41,414 nucleotides of DNA from a virus. Taxonomy: Duplodnaviria > Caudoviricetes. The notes below the pieces were generated by a model. That model made no database searches and was not told where the DNA came from. It worked only from the letters and a program-made list of their open reading frames with translations. Of this stretch, positions 1-9,097 are shown piece after piece. Every line of letters starts with the position of its first letter. Position 1 is the stretch's first letter. The DNA lies in IMG/VR virus record IMGVR_UViG_3300035548_000639, positions 1 through 41,414 of that record; one strand, 5' to 3'. The position numbers and the translations under genes were made by a program.

Positions 1-348
1 CTAGACGAGCGGGAGATCGTGTTGTTTGACGCTACGCTTCTCCCGCTCTTTTTTGATGATACGGTGGATGTGCTGGAAAGACAACCCGTACTTACGGGCC
101 AGCTCGGCGTGGTTGTCGCCAACGAAGTCGGCATAGATTTTGGCGTCTCTTGAGCAGATACGTCCTGCCATGTCCTTGGGGATGTACAGAATCTGACCGC
201 CCCACAGATCAGCGATAAAGGACGTGGTGTCCTCACTGAACTCCTTGGCCTTCGCCTTGGGGATGTTGAGGTCTTTGTGGGCCTTCTCGGCCAGGTGGTC
301 AGCCAGGTCATTCAAAAGTGCCGTGGCGGGCTTTCTCGTATCGCTCAT
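1..348 (-). CDS. mor: Mor/C-family transcription activator
   Basis: WGGQILYIPK...RDAKIYADFVGDNHAELARKYGLSFQHIHRII motif typical of Mor; lies downstream of gemA. Confidence 0.9.
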   Translation of the reverse strand: MSDTRKPATALLNDLADHLAEKAHKDLNIPKAKAKEFSEDTTSFIADLWGGQILYIPKDMAGRICSRDAKIYADFVGDNHAELARKYGLSFQHIHRIIKKEREKRSVKQHDLPLV

Positions 349-354
349 GCTTAC

Positions 355-810
355 CTATCCATTGGCTGTCTGATTCTTCCGCTCTACTCGCTTCAACCAC
401 TGTTTGAGTATTTCGATAACGTCACTGGCCTGGTGGGAACTGAGCCAGGTGTAGGACTCCACAGAGATGTTGCAACGGCTTTTGATGAAGGCGTTGAGGG
501 CTTTGGCGCTAGGATCGCGCACAGCGCCGATCTCGTGCAGCTCCTGCCAGAGCATCCATATCTTTCGGGCCTGGGGATCAACCTTGGGCGGTTGCTTCTT
601 CTCAGGCTCTTTGCCCGTGAGGGTGTCCAGATAGGCGCACAGGTCTTTCAAGTCATTAATAGATAGGTCAGCTGTGGAACTCTTGTCGTAGCGCACCAGC
701 AGCATGGTCTCGTAATCCTCTGCCGACATATGGAGAACCTGGTTCTGGATGGTCTTGGCCTTCCTGATCAGGCTTGTCCTCCATTGCTTACCCTTGTTTG
801 TCATTGCCAT
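355..810 (-). CDS. gemA: GemA/gp16 (DUF1018) regulatory protein
   Basis: SSTADLSINDL...QARKIWMLWQEL...ALNAFIK...ASDVIEILKQW motifs; SD AAGGAG before ATG at 810; an in-frame upstream ATG exists at 897. Confidence 0.85.
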   Translation of the reverse strand: MAMTNKGKQWRTSLIRKAKTIQNQVLHMSAEDYETMLLVRYDKSSTADLSINDLKDLCAYLDTLTGKEPEKKQPPKVDPQARKIWMLWQELHEIGAVRDPSAKALNAFIKSRCNISVESYTWLSSHQASDVIEILKQWLKRVERKNQTANG

Positions 811-901
811 AGTTTGCTCCTTCTCTTCTTCGCATCCGCAGGGCGGGTCATATATCCATGACGCTCCGCAGATTTTGCAGCGGTAATGGTCGCTCATGTC
901 G

Positions 902-1333
902 TTATGAGCGCGGTGCGATCCGAGCCGCGCGCTTCATTCTCCCCTGCTCAAAAATGACGCTGTGAGCCGTAAGGCAAAGGCCGCGCAAATCGCCAAGATT
1001 CACGTCCTCAATGGGCAGGTCACTCGAATCAATGGAATCAACGTGGGTGTCGTTGCGTTCGCAGACTTCGGCAAGCCAACCTATGACTTCAATATCCCTC
1101 ATGCAGCCGGTATGAACCAATGCCGCAAGCTGGCTATTCTCACGCAAGAGAACACGATTCAGGGCCTGTGCCAGCTCCAGATCGGACGGGGCCAGCATGG
1201 TGCTTTCCTGAAAACACTCGAACTCATGGTCGCAAGTTTCAACGCAATTGCGTTTTTCATTTACGTTGATGGCATGGCTGCCAAAGCACAACGGACGGGC
1301 GGGCATGATTCCTTTTTTGGACTTCATATTCAT
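902..1333 (-). CDS. hypothetical phage protein with Cys/His-rich N-terminus
   Basis: SD AGGAG (1341-1345) before ATG at 1333; fits the packing of the early operon. Confidence 0.6.
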   Translation of the reverse strand: MNMKSKKGIMPARPLCFGSHAINVNEKRNCVETCDHEFECFQESTMLAPSDLELAQALNRVLLRENSQLAALVHTGCMRDIEVIGWLAEVCERNDTHVDSIDSSDLPIEDVNLGDLRGLCLTAHSVIFEQGRMKRAARIAPRS

Positions 1334-1358
1334 TGGAATACTCCTATTGAGAATGAGA

Positions 1359-1844
1359 TCATCCCAAAAGGGATGCCTGTTTCGGTTGCTTAGGTTTGGC
1401 GGGTGTCGGTTCTTTGGTTGGATCAAAAAAACCAAGTGCCCCCTTGCATTGGACGAACGGCACAGGCCGCGCACCAGCAAGCTGCCAGTGCCATGTGCCT
1501 TCCATGCAATTTGCCCAATATGAATCGCTACCATTGAGAATGCAGCCCTGTAGGGTCACGCGCCCGACAATCCCGCCAAACTCAAAAGCTTGGGGATGAA
1601 CCTTGGCTCGGCGCAAGAACTCCAGGATGTCCACACCACTGGCGGCGGCCAGAACCGCAGCCGCTTCCTTGATTGGTTGGCCTGGCTCTTCAAGGGCGTA
1701 CTGGTCGAATTGTTGACCAGCATGGACGCTGACACGCTTGCCGCGATACTTGTGAGGGATTGCCCATGTTCGGTTTTCAATGTCCTTGAAGCCAAGCACA
1801 ATGAGAGCGGCCCAGGGCTGACGAATTGAGATTGCTATATCCAT
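1359..1844 (-). CDS. ASCH-domain protein
   Basis: AISIRQPWAALIVLGFKDIENRTW...HAG...GGIVG...KGALGFF is the ASCH signature; start re-called to the ATG at 1844. Confidence 0.9.
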   Translation of the reverse strand: MDIAISIRQPWAALIVLGFKDIENRTWAIPHKYRGKRVSVHAGQQFDQYALEEPGQPIKEAAAVLAAASGVDILEFLRRAKVHPQAFEFGGIVGRVTLQGCILNGSDSYWANCMEGTWHWQLAGARPVPFVQCKGALGFFDPTKEPTPAKPKQPKQASLLG

Positions 1845-1857
1845 GACAGCCTCGCTC

Positions 1858-2124
1858 TTACTCCGCATCCATTTTGACGATGGTGCAGGGGCCATGCTCA
1901 TCCTCATGGACGAAAGCATGGACCACGTTCTTGGCGATAGCGGTCTGCACCTTCGGGGTGAAAGGCAACAGATCGGCGGAAATGCGCATCCAGGTATTGA
2001 AGTCAAGGCCGTATTTTTCCATGAGCAATTCGTCGAGCTGGTACTCTTCAATGATCTTGTCGGCTTTCTCCTGAGAACCGCCAAGCATGAGTGCTGCCAG
2101 GTTTTCAAATTCCATTTCGTCCAT
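1858..2124 (-). CDS. hypothetical phage protein
   Basis: ORF in a tightly packed early operon; ATG at 2124 directly after the upstream stop. Confidence 0.65.
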   Translation of the reverse strand: MDEMEFENLAALMLGGSQEKADKIIEEYQLDELLMEKYGLDFNTWMRISADLLPFTPKVQTAIAKNVVHAFVHEDEHGPCTIVKMDAE

Positions 2125-2125
2125 G

Positions 2126-2308
2126 TTATTTTTCCTTCTTCTCATGCGCTTCCCAAACTTCGTTTAGCTTTTCACTGCATACCTTGGCGATGTTGAGCGG
2201 CGCGTTGGGATTCCTTGTGTTCGGCAGGATGGCCACCACGGGCCGTCCCTCTTTGTTGTCGTGGATCACGAGGTGGCCGTTGTCCGTGGTGACTCTGAAC
2301 CTGGCCAT
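2126..2308 (-). CDS. hypothetical phage protein
   Basis: 60 aa ORF abutting both neighbours. Confidence 0.6.
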   Translation of the reverse strand: MARFRVTTDNGHLVIHDNKEGRPVVAILPNTRNPNAPLNIAKVCSEKLNEVWEAHEKKEK

Positions 2309-2310
2309 GT

Positions 2311-2568
2311 TTAGCCCTCGGCTCCTTCCAGGTTCTCGACGTCCTCCGGCTCAACGCCGTGCTCATCCCAATGCCGTTTGGCTGCCACGCATGTCTGGCA
2401 TTGCCTCACGTTCTGGAGGCCGCCAGCTCCGTTTGAGCCGCCGATAGCAAAGGGGTTAATCAGGAACCAGCCACGGCCCTTGCAGTGAGGGCAGTTCTCC
2501 CACTTCAAAACATCTTCGCCGGTCTCGTGAAGAGACTTGGGGCGTTCGGTATTCTGAGGGTTGGCCAT
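2311..2568 (-). CDS. small zinc-finger protein
   Basis: CPHCKGRG and CQTC motifs (CxxCxGxG, DnaJ-like Zn finger). Confidence 0.65.
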   Translation of the reverse strand: MANPQNTERPKSLHETGEDVLKWENCPHCKGRGWFLINPFAIGGSNGAGGLQNVRQCQTCVAAKRHWDEHGVEPEDVENLEGAEG

Positions 2569-2572
2569 CGCT

Positions 2573-2803
2573 CTACCCCTTCACCTGGTGTTCGCAGTGA
2601 TGGCGCAGGACGCAAACCGAGCAGCGCTCGGCCTGTTCGCGCCGCTCTTCGATCATCTGATCCAGCAGCTGGCCGCCACGGATGATCTCGCGGGATGTCT
2701 TCACTACGGATTCTTCGTCGGGGTTCCCTTCGGTCAGGGAAGTCACAAAGACACGCATGGCGCTTTCCCAGGTGGGCGTCATATCAATGGTTAACTCTTT
2801 CAT
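2573..2803 (-). CDS. hypothetical phage protein
   Basis: SD AAGGAG before ATG; C-terminal CxxC..HHC. Confidence 0.65.
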   Translation of the reverse strand: MKELTIDMTPTWESAMRVFVTSLTEGNPDEESVVKTSREIIRGGQLLDQMIEERREQAERCSVCVLRHHCEHQVKG

Positions 2804-2820
2804 TGGAACTCCTTGTGTTT

Positions 2821-2856
2821 AATGCCCATGCCGCCGATCTTGACGGCATGGGCATT
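2821..2856. other. perfect 13-bp intergenic stem-loop in early operon
   Basis: AATGCCCATGCCG-N10-CGGCATGGGCATT. Confidence 0.75.
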
Positions 2857-2873
2857 GACCGCCGGGTGGCGTT

Positions 2874-3203
2874 TTATCCGCAAGTCTGACCCAAGCGGCG
2901 AATGATGAGGGTGCCGCGTTCCGGCTTTTCCAGGTGTTCCACAAAGTCGAGCAGCTTGGTTTTCAGGAAGTCCGTGACCTCCCGGCGCTCGTCTTTGGAC
3001 AGGCCGTACAGGGATTCGTCCTGGCCGGTCACAACGGCCTCGCTTTGGGCGATGAGCTTGTCCAGGGCATCGCTCTGCACCTTCGTCAGGCCGCCGTCCT
3101 CGCGGGCGCTCCTGAGCAACCTGAGCGAATCCTGGATAACCTTGCCGTAGCGCAGCACGTTGGTCTCAAGAGCGTGGATGGCTTTCTGTCTGTTGCACTC
3201 CAT
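2874..3203 (-). CDS. hypothetical phage protein
   Basis: 109 aa ORF with SD GAGGGG. Confidence 0.65.
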   Translation of the reverse strand: MECNRQKAIHALETNVLRYGKVIQDSLRLLRSAREDGGLTKVQSDALDKLIAQSEAVVTGQDESLYGLSKDERREVTDFLKTKLLDFVEHLEKPERGTLIIRRLGQTCG

Positions 3204-3217
3204 TTTCCCCTCTCTTG

Positions 3218-3832
3218 TTAGCTTGTTGCGATGTCCAGGGGGATGGGCTTGTAGCTTTCATCTTCCTGGCGTTCATAGAAACGGATGTAGGGCTTGGAGC
3301 CAGCCACCTGAACGGAGTCGCTGATGGCCTTCATGGCCTTGAGCCAGCGCTCGTCTGTGATGTTCAGCCGCCGCAAGCTGAGAATGCGGCCCGTGTTGAT
3401 CTTACCCTCTTTGTCAACGTTAAAGGCATCGTTGACGATAACCTTGACCTCGTCGCGGCCATCCTCGGTCCATTCGCGCAAGCACTCGTCAATGAGCGAC
3501 TTGGCGGCCTGAATCTTTTCGTCGAAAGTCAGGTGCTCGGCGATTTGCCGGACCACCTTGAACTGTCCGTCGTATGTGTAGATGGTGACGTTGCCCTTTT
3601 GACCGCCGATCTTGGCGTCATATTCCTCGGCGCTGGTTTCGATAAGCGCCTGGACGTCGGCCATTGCAGTGGTCTTGAATTCGGCCAGCATGGCACTCAT
3701 GCCCTTGGCCTTGCCGATCAACTCCTTGACGGTTTCGTCCTTGAGCTTATCAACGTCCTTGACCTTGGATTCGGGGATCAGCTCCCCTTTTGCGTTCATC
3801 CAGTAGCCCGGATGGGCGTCATTATTAGCCAT
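3218..3832 (-). CDS. DUF3164-family Mu-like phage protein
   Basis: GYWMNAKGELIP...GGQKGNVTIYTYDG...IRFYER motifs; SD GGAGG before ATG at 3832. Confidence 0.85.
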   Translation of the reverse strand: MANNDAHPGYWMNAKGELIPESKVKDVDKLKDETVKELIGKAKGMSAMLAEFKTTAMADVQALIETSAEEYDAKIGGQKGNVTIYTYDGQFKVVRQIAEHLTFDEKIQAAKSLIDECLREWTEDGRDEVKVIVNDAFNVDKEGKINTGRILSLRRLNITDERWLKAMKAISDSVQVAGSKPYIRFYERQEDESYKPIPLDIATS

Positions 3833-4070
3833 GTGTTCCTCCGAAATTCTCGGCCTGTTCCAACCCCTCAATGGGTTCGATCTCGCCGAGGATGATGTTG
3901 CAAAGGTGGGTGGATTGCTCCACGGCGCGGGCGCTCATGTCCCGCTGGATGATTCCTTTCAGCTCAATGGCCGCTGTCTTGACCTTCTGGCTGCTAAGGA
4001 CTTCGGGAGACCAAGCCTGGTCGCCGCTCTTCCTGCCGGTGTCGTTGTTTTCGATGGGGGTGACTTCCAT
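3825..4070 (-). CDS. hypothetical phage protein
   Basis: SD AGGAGG; overlaps the start of the next gene. Confidence 0.65.
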   Translation of the reverse strand: MEVTPIENNDTGRKSGDQAWSPEVLSSQKVKTAAIELKGIIQRDMSARAVEQSTHLCNIILGEIEPIEGLEQAENFGGTHG

Positions 4071-4078
4071 GTTGCCTC

Positions 4079-5233
4079 CTAGACCTGTTCAATGATGTCC
4101 GGGGTGATGGTCGGTGCGCCGATGTCCGCAGCCAGGTTCATGGCGGCGGTGAGCAGATTGATCACTGCCAGCGGGTAGACCAGGGAAAGGGAATCGCCAG
4201 CCCCGGAACGGGAGGCCGGGCCGGTCAGCTTGGCGCGGATCGCCTCCACCGCATCGGTGGTGATGATCTCGGCGGAGTTCGCGCCAACGCGCTCGAACTT
4301 GAACTCCACGAACTTGGGCAAGCTGCCATTCATCGGGGCCAGCTCCACCACCTCGCAGCGCTGTACGACCTCGCGCACTTCGGGGCTGGATTCGCTCAGT
4401 TTCTGCATGAGTTCGGGCTGGCCGAGCAGGACGATGGAGATGAGCTTGCGGAATCCGTCTTCCAGCTCCAGGAAGCGCTTGAGGTGCTTGATGGTCGGAA
4501 TGGGCAGCGCGTGGGCTTCCTCAATGATGAGGCAGTGCGACCAACCGGAGCGGCGGCTTTCGCGCAGGGTCTTGTGGACTTGGCGGAACCGGGCTTCCGG
4601 GCTGGAGAGAATGCGCTCCAAAGGCTTGACCGTGGACATGATGGACTCGGCAATGTGCAACGCCTTGAGCGTCTTGCCGTTCTTGTCGTTGTCTTCCATG
4701 CCGAGCACATACGGCTCCATCACATGGACCTGCTGGCCTTCGCGGGCGATCCGGTCACAAAGGTCACGGCGCAGCGTGGATTTGCCGGAGCCGGATTCGC
4801 CGACCACGGCCATGAAGCCGCCATGCCGTGCGGTGTGCCAGAGGCTTTCCCGGACGTACCTGATCTCGTTGGAGAGGAATACGTCCTCATTGCCACGAAT
4901 CTCTTCAAAAGGATTGGCAGCCAGCTTGAAGTGCCTCTTGGTTTCGGGGTACAGCCCCTGCTTTCTCAACAACATGAAATCATCCTCCTTCTCAGTGGGT
5001 TTTACTGTTTTGGCGCGGGACTTTCGGAACAGGTGTCTCACCTTGTTTTCGTTCGCTCCAGCCTTGCGCAGCTGTTTCCTGATGGCGGCCTGGAGCGTCT
5101 TCTTATCGGCGCGTTTGGGCCACTCGTCTTGATTGACAATGCTGTTCACAGCAGCCGGGGAGAGTTCCAACTCCCGCGCCAGCTTGCGCTGTGAGACTCC
5201 ACTTTGTTCAAGTAACTCCTTCAATTTGGTCAT
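4079..5233 (-). CDS. transposition AAA ATPase (MuB/ExeA-like) with N-terminal HTH
   Basis: Walker A GESGSGKS, Walker B LIIEEAH, N-terminal XRE-like HTH; adjacent to the transposase. Confidence 0.9.
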   Translation of the reverse strand: MTKLKELLEQSGVSQRKLARELELSPAAVNSIVNQDEWPKRADKKTLQAAIRKQLRKAGANENKVRHLFRKSRAKTVKPTEKEDDFMLLRKQGLYPETKRHFKLAANPFEEIRGNEDVFLSNEIRYVRESLWHTARHGGFMAVVGESGSGKSTLRRDLCDRIAREGQQVHVMEPYVLGMEDNDKNGKTLKALHIAESIMSTVKPLERILSSPEARFRQVHKTLRESRRSGWSHCLIIEEAHALPIPTIKHLKRFLELEDGFRKLISIVLLGQPELMQKLSESSPEVREVVQRCEVVELAPMNGSLPKFVEFKFERVGANSAEIITTDAVEAIRAKLTGPASRSGAGDSLSLVYPLAVINLLTAAMNLAADIGAPTITPDIIEQV

Positions 5234-5237
5234 GGTT

Positions 5238-6956
5238 TTAAACCTCGTTTACGACCAGTTTAAGCGGCGCAGCGGCCACTTCGGGTTTGCCGAGCCGTGC
5301 GGCAATGTTGTCCAGCTCCATTACCGGCACTCCGTCCGGGTAACGCTGCTGGAGAAATGCGTAGGCTTCCGCGTTCCACTCGTCTCCCAGGCGCTGCTTG
5401 AGCATCCGGGCTGCCTCCACCACGGTGTACGGTGCGAGTTCGCGTTTGCTGGCGTCCACGCCGATGTCGCGGCCACGCTTGGGCAGGTAGTCCGGCGCGG
5501 GCTTGACGTCCGCCATCACGTCCACGCCTTCCGGTGCCAGGATGTGCTTGGGATCGGGGCCAGCTTTTTCGTCGATCTCCTTGACGGTCTTGTCCGCCAG
5601 GGTGTCGGGCTTGCTCTGGTACTCCTGGCCATAGACCGGGGCGTCCTTCCAGAATCCCGCTTCGTCCATGTCCTTCGGCTCCACGGTCCAGACCGGGTCT
5701 TCCGGCAGGGACGGATCGTGAATAATCACGTCCACCGCAGGGGCGCGGTACGGGTTCACCACCACGTCCACCTTCATCTTCGGTACGAGACCGGGCAGTT
5801 GGCGCAGGTCGTAGGTGTTGCGCCCAAAGCCCTTGATGGCGTGGGTGATGCTCAGGTTGGAATCCACCGTTGCCTCCTTGGGCTTGGTGGTGACCAGTTC
5901 GCGGCAGAGTTTCAGGGCCGGAGCCAGGCGGAGCTGATTCTCGGAGATAGTCAGCCAGACGTCGTTGCGCGTCTTGCGGGTGCGGCTGTGGATGGCCGTG
6001 GCGTTGTAGTGCTGCAACCATTGGTTGGCCTTGTTTTGCAGCTCCTCAACGCTCTGGATGTTGAGGAATCCGAGGCGTGACTCGAATTGCGTCTCAACGA
6101 TGTTGTTGGCGCATTCCACCTGCCCCTTGGCGCGGGGATTGCCCGGCATGTGGACAAGCAGCTCAACGCCCAACCGCTCACACAGGTTCGTGAAGAGGTG
6201 GCTGGTGTTCGCGCTGCCTGGGTCCAGACCGAGCATGTCCGGTACGCCGTGCATGGGGTCATTCAGGCCGCGCGGCGTGATGGCATCCAGGAATACGTCC
6301 ACCAGGCCCTGCGCGGTTTCACCGGCTGCCTGGACGTAGCGGACATAGATGGTGCCGGAGTAGTGGTCGGTAATGACGTAGCGCCATATCCGTTCCCGCT
6401 CGGCCTTCTTCATGTTGTCCGGTTTGTTCTTGTAGAACTTGCCCTCTTCCATGACGGCCAGGCCGCCCTTGGGCAGGTAGAACAAGACGCAAATGGACGG
6501 GTCCACCTGCCATAAATGGTTGGGATGTAATGAGCGCATATTGACGTAGGGTTTGCCTTGTTTGAGCATGTCCGGGTGGCAGCGATAGCGGCGCATGGCC
6601 CGGCTGATTGTCGTGGTGGAGACCTTTGCCTCGTCGAACCCGGACTCGCGCAGCGCGCTGCATGCCACGGTCATGGGCATGGTTCGCTTGCCGTTCTTGC
6701 GGGTGGACTTGTGCATCAGGTGGGCAACTGCCTTGGCCGTGTCCTCGGATACGGTCATTTTGCCGGAGTCCTTGCGGCGCTTGCGGCCAGAGGTCCATCC
6801 CACCAGCTTTTTCAGCTTGCGATAGACGGTCTGTTCCGAGCAGTTGAGCAGCTTGCCCACCTGTTCCACCAGGGGCTTGCGCTCACCGTGGCCAGCTTCG
6901 TCCAGCCGGTGCGCCAGATCGCGCAGGGCATCCAGTTCGCCGAGGTTCGCTTTCAT
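5238..6956 (-). CDS. Mu-like DDE transposase/integrase
   Basis: HPNHLWQVD...LDPGS...PGNPRAKGQVE catalytic motifs; N-terminal HTH. Confidence 0.92.
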   Translation of the reverse strand: MKANLGELDALRDLAHRLDEAGHGERKPLVEQVGKLLNCSEQTVYRKLKKLVGWTSGRKRRKDSGKMTVSEDTAKAVAHLMHKSTRKNGKRTMPMTVACSALRESGFDEAKVSTTTISRAMRRYRCHPDMLKQGKPYVNMRSLHPNHLWQVDPSICVLFYLPKGGLAVMEEGKFYKNKPDNMKKAERERIWRYVITDHYSGTIYVRYVQAAGETAQGLVDVFLDAITPRGLNDPMHGVPDMLGLDPGSANTSHLFTNLCERLGVELLVHMPGNPRAKGQVECANNIVETQFESRLGFLNIQSVEELQNKANQWLQHYNATAIHSRTRKTRNDVWLTISENQLRLAPALKLCRELVTTKPKEATVDSNLSITHAIKGFGRNTYDLRQLPGLVPKMKVDVVVNPYRAPAVDVIIHDPSLPEDPVWTVEPKDMDEAGFWKDAPVYGQEYQSKPDTLADKTVKEIDEKAGPDPKHILAPEGVDVMADVKPAPDYLPKRGRDIGVDASKRELAPYTVVEAARMLKQRLGDEWNAEAYAFLQQRYPDGVPVMELDNIAARLGKPEVAAAPLKLVVNEV

Positions 6957-6959
6957 GGC

Positions 6960-8243
6960 CTATCCTTCTTCCAGGCCAGCCTTGGCCTCTTCCCTCATCC
7001 ATGCGGGGTTGACCATTTCCTCGAAATCGACGGGGATGCCGTAGTTGCCGAGAGCCGCCTGGACGTCGATGCAGAACGCCCGGACCTGGTCAAAGCCGTA
7101 GGCCTTGGTGTGGTTGGAAACGTCCTCGTTCTCCGTGATGGCATCCACCTGCATGAGCATTTCATTGAACGCGCCCAGGGCAGTGACAAACGCCTTGTTG
7201 AGTTCGTTTGTGGCTTCCTCTTCACGGGCCAGCTTGAGTTCCAGGTTGGCGTCCTTGGGCAGGGATTTGAGGCGGTAGAGTTCCTCTTCGGTCTGTTCCA
7301 GCTTCTCGGCCTTGTCTTTGAGGAGCTTACCCCGTGCATCCAGGTCAGCGGTCAGATCATCCACCTCTTTCTTGGCGGCTTCCTTCTCGGCCTGGTGCCG
7401 GGCAGCCATGTCCTGGAGGATGTCAACGACCTCGTCCTTGGAATCACTGGCCAGCGCCGTCTTGACCACTTCCTGCTCTTCGGGCGGCAGGGCCTTGAGA
7501 GCGCGGTAGTCTTTGGCTCGGAAGCCAATGCGTTCGGCTGATTCGTAGAGGTCGGTGCCGAGCATTTCCATGTTTCCTGAAAGCTCTTGGAGCCGTCGGT
7601 AGGATTTGCCCAACTTAACCTTGCAAAATTCGTCTAAATTCTGCGACGGTCGCACTTTTCCATTTTCATCAATGATGGGTATGTTTTTATAAGCCTTTTT
7701 TTTTTTGACCTTTTGAAAGACTTGAATCATCATGGAATCTGCGACCGTCGCAAAAAACGCTCCCGCATCAATCCTGCCCAGGTCGCGGAAAACTTCCTCT
7801 GCATCCATGACGGCCTGGTCAACTGCTGCGGCAGTGTTTTGGGTCTGTGTCAGCTCTGCTCCACGCTCGTCGGTGATCTCCGGCACCAGGGCCGGTTCGG
7901 GCTGCTTTTCGTCCTTCCAGCCGTTCCAGGACTTTGCCCAGGTGGTGGGAAGTTGATCCGGTACGCCGGTGGGGCCGAAGTAGCCCACGAGTTCCTGATA
8001 ACCGGCCAATGCGGCCTCTTTGGTGTTCATGCTGCCGACGACGCTGCTTGCGATGATGCCAAAGGCTTCGTCAGGCAGAGCCTTGGTGTTCTGATCTTCG
8101 AGCTGGATGGCCATGGCCGCAGCGGCAACCGCGCGTTCCTGCAACTGGCCTATTTCCTCGTCACTGGTGGCTGTGAATTCGATGGCGCTCTGGACGCTGA
8201 CAAAGCCTAGAATCTGTTTGGGATCGGTCAGGGTTCTATCCAT
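6960..8243 (-). CDS. DUF3102-like coiled-coil phage protein with N-terminal extension
   Basis: Sits upstream of the transposase as in B3-like phages; DEFC...G.YE.A..IG.....YR.L..LP pattern; SD GGAGG before ATG at 8243. Confidence 0.65.
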   Translation of the reverse strand: MDRTLTDPKQILGFVSVQSAIEFTATSDEEIGQLQERAVAAAAMAIQLEDQNTKALPDEAFGIIASSVVGSMNTKEAALAGYQELVGYFGPTGVPDQLPTTWAKSWNGWKDEKQPEPALVPEITDERGAELTQTQNTAAAVDQAVMDAEEVFRDLGRIDAGAFFATVADSMMIQVFQKVKKKKAYKNIPIIDENGKVRPSQNLDEFCKVKLGKSYRRLQELSGNMEMLGTDLYESAERIGFRAKDYRALKALPPEEQEVVKTALASDSKDEVVDILQDMAARHQAEKEAAKKEVDDLTADLDARGKLLKDKAEKLEQTEEELYRLKSLPKDANLELKLAREEEATNELNKAFVTALGAFNEMLMQVDAITENEDVSNHTKAYGFDQVRAFCIDVQAALGNYGIPVDFEEMVNPAWMREEAKAGLEEG

Positions 8244-8544
8244 TGTCAGAACCCTCCAGGGTGCGCTTTGCGTTACGCAGGGTGCGGTCCAGGTCAATCA
8301 GCATGAGGCATTCTTCCCTTCCGTTGACAATGCCGGTAATGCCGCATTCAATGTCATTGGCCTCAAGGCTGGAGAAGGTCTGCTTGGGCAGCAGGTCTCT
8401 CAACTTCCTGCAAAGGATGGGGCCAGCGGCAGATACGGCCAGCGAGACAGGGGTTCCGTGTGTGTCGGTCAGCACTGTGACCAGGCCGAGTGCTGTGTTG
8501 TCCTGGATGTACTGTTCGTCCGGTTTCAAGCCATTCGATTCCAT
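8236..8544 (-). CDS. hypothetical phage protein
   Basis: SD AAGGAG; overlaps the downstream start. Confidence 0.65.
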   Translation of the reverse strand: MESNGLKPDEQYIQDNTALGLVTVLTDTHGTPVSLAVSAAGPILCRKLRDLLPKQTFSSLEANDIECGITGIVNGREECLMLIDLDRTLRNAKRTLEGSDNG

Positions 8545-8562
8545 GTGAGTCTCCTTCGTGGT

Positions 8563-8865
8563 CTAGTTCATCGCTCCGGCAGCGACGCGGTTGTTGATTT
8601 CCTGAATCTTGTATTGAGCCTGGTCCATTTCATTGGCGTGGGCCTGGGCTATTTGCAGCATTCCTATAGAGTGGGCGTAGCGCCCCGTTTCGAGCTTGTT
8701 GACCAGCCCTTCATCCGTGAGGACGTCCAGGGCGCGGGTGATGTTGACGGGCTTCTCGCCCAGGGCCTTGGCGATTTCGCCGTTGGACAGGCCGTGCAGG
8801 GTGTGGCCTTTGAGAATGCGAAGAACGGCCAGCGCGCGCCGGGCCGAAGTGCCGGGTTTAGCCAT
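8563..8865 (-). CDS. IclR-like winged-HTH DNA-binding protein
   Basis: ALAVLRILKG...GLSNGEIAKALG...ITRALDVL..EGLV. Confidence 0.85.
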   Translation of the reverse strand: MAKPGTSARRALAVLRILKGHTLHGLSNGEIAKALGEKPVNITRALDVLTDEGLVNKLETGRYAHSIGMLQIAQAHANEMDQAQYKIQEINNRVAAGAMN

Positions 8866-9085
8866 TGGCTACCTCCTGATTGGGCAATGGTTTGGGGTAA
8901 AAGGTGGCGTCCATCAGGCCGCCCGCCAGCATCCTGGCCACCAGGTCCGCCCGCTGATCGTCGCGGGGACAGATGGCATGCAGGTCTTTGAAGGTGAGAA
9001 CCTTGTGTTGCAGCAGCTCCTGGACCTTGCGCATCCGTTGCAGCTGGAGAGTGTCGTGCATGGTGATCTTCTTGACGGTGCCCAT
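8858..9085 (-). CDS. hypothetical phage protein
   Basis: SD GGAGG; overlaps the downstream start. Confidence 0.6.
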   Translation of the reverse strand: MGTVKKITMHDTLQLQRMRKVQELLQHKVLTFKDLHAICPRDDQRADLVARMLAGGLMDATFYPKPLPNQEVANG

Positions 9086-9097
9086 GGTCGCCTCCTC

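Noticed and set aside
1359-2108. 249-aa version of the ASCH ORF
   Set aside because: The N-terminal part overlaps a better ORF (1858-2124); the ASCH motif starts at the ATG at 1844
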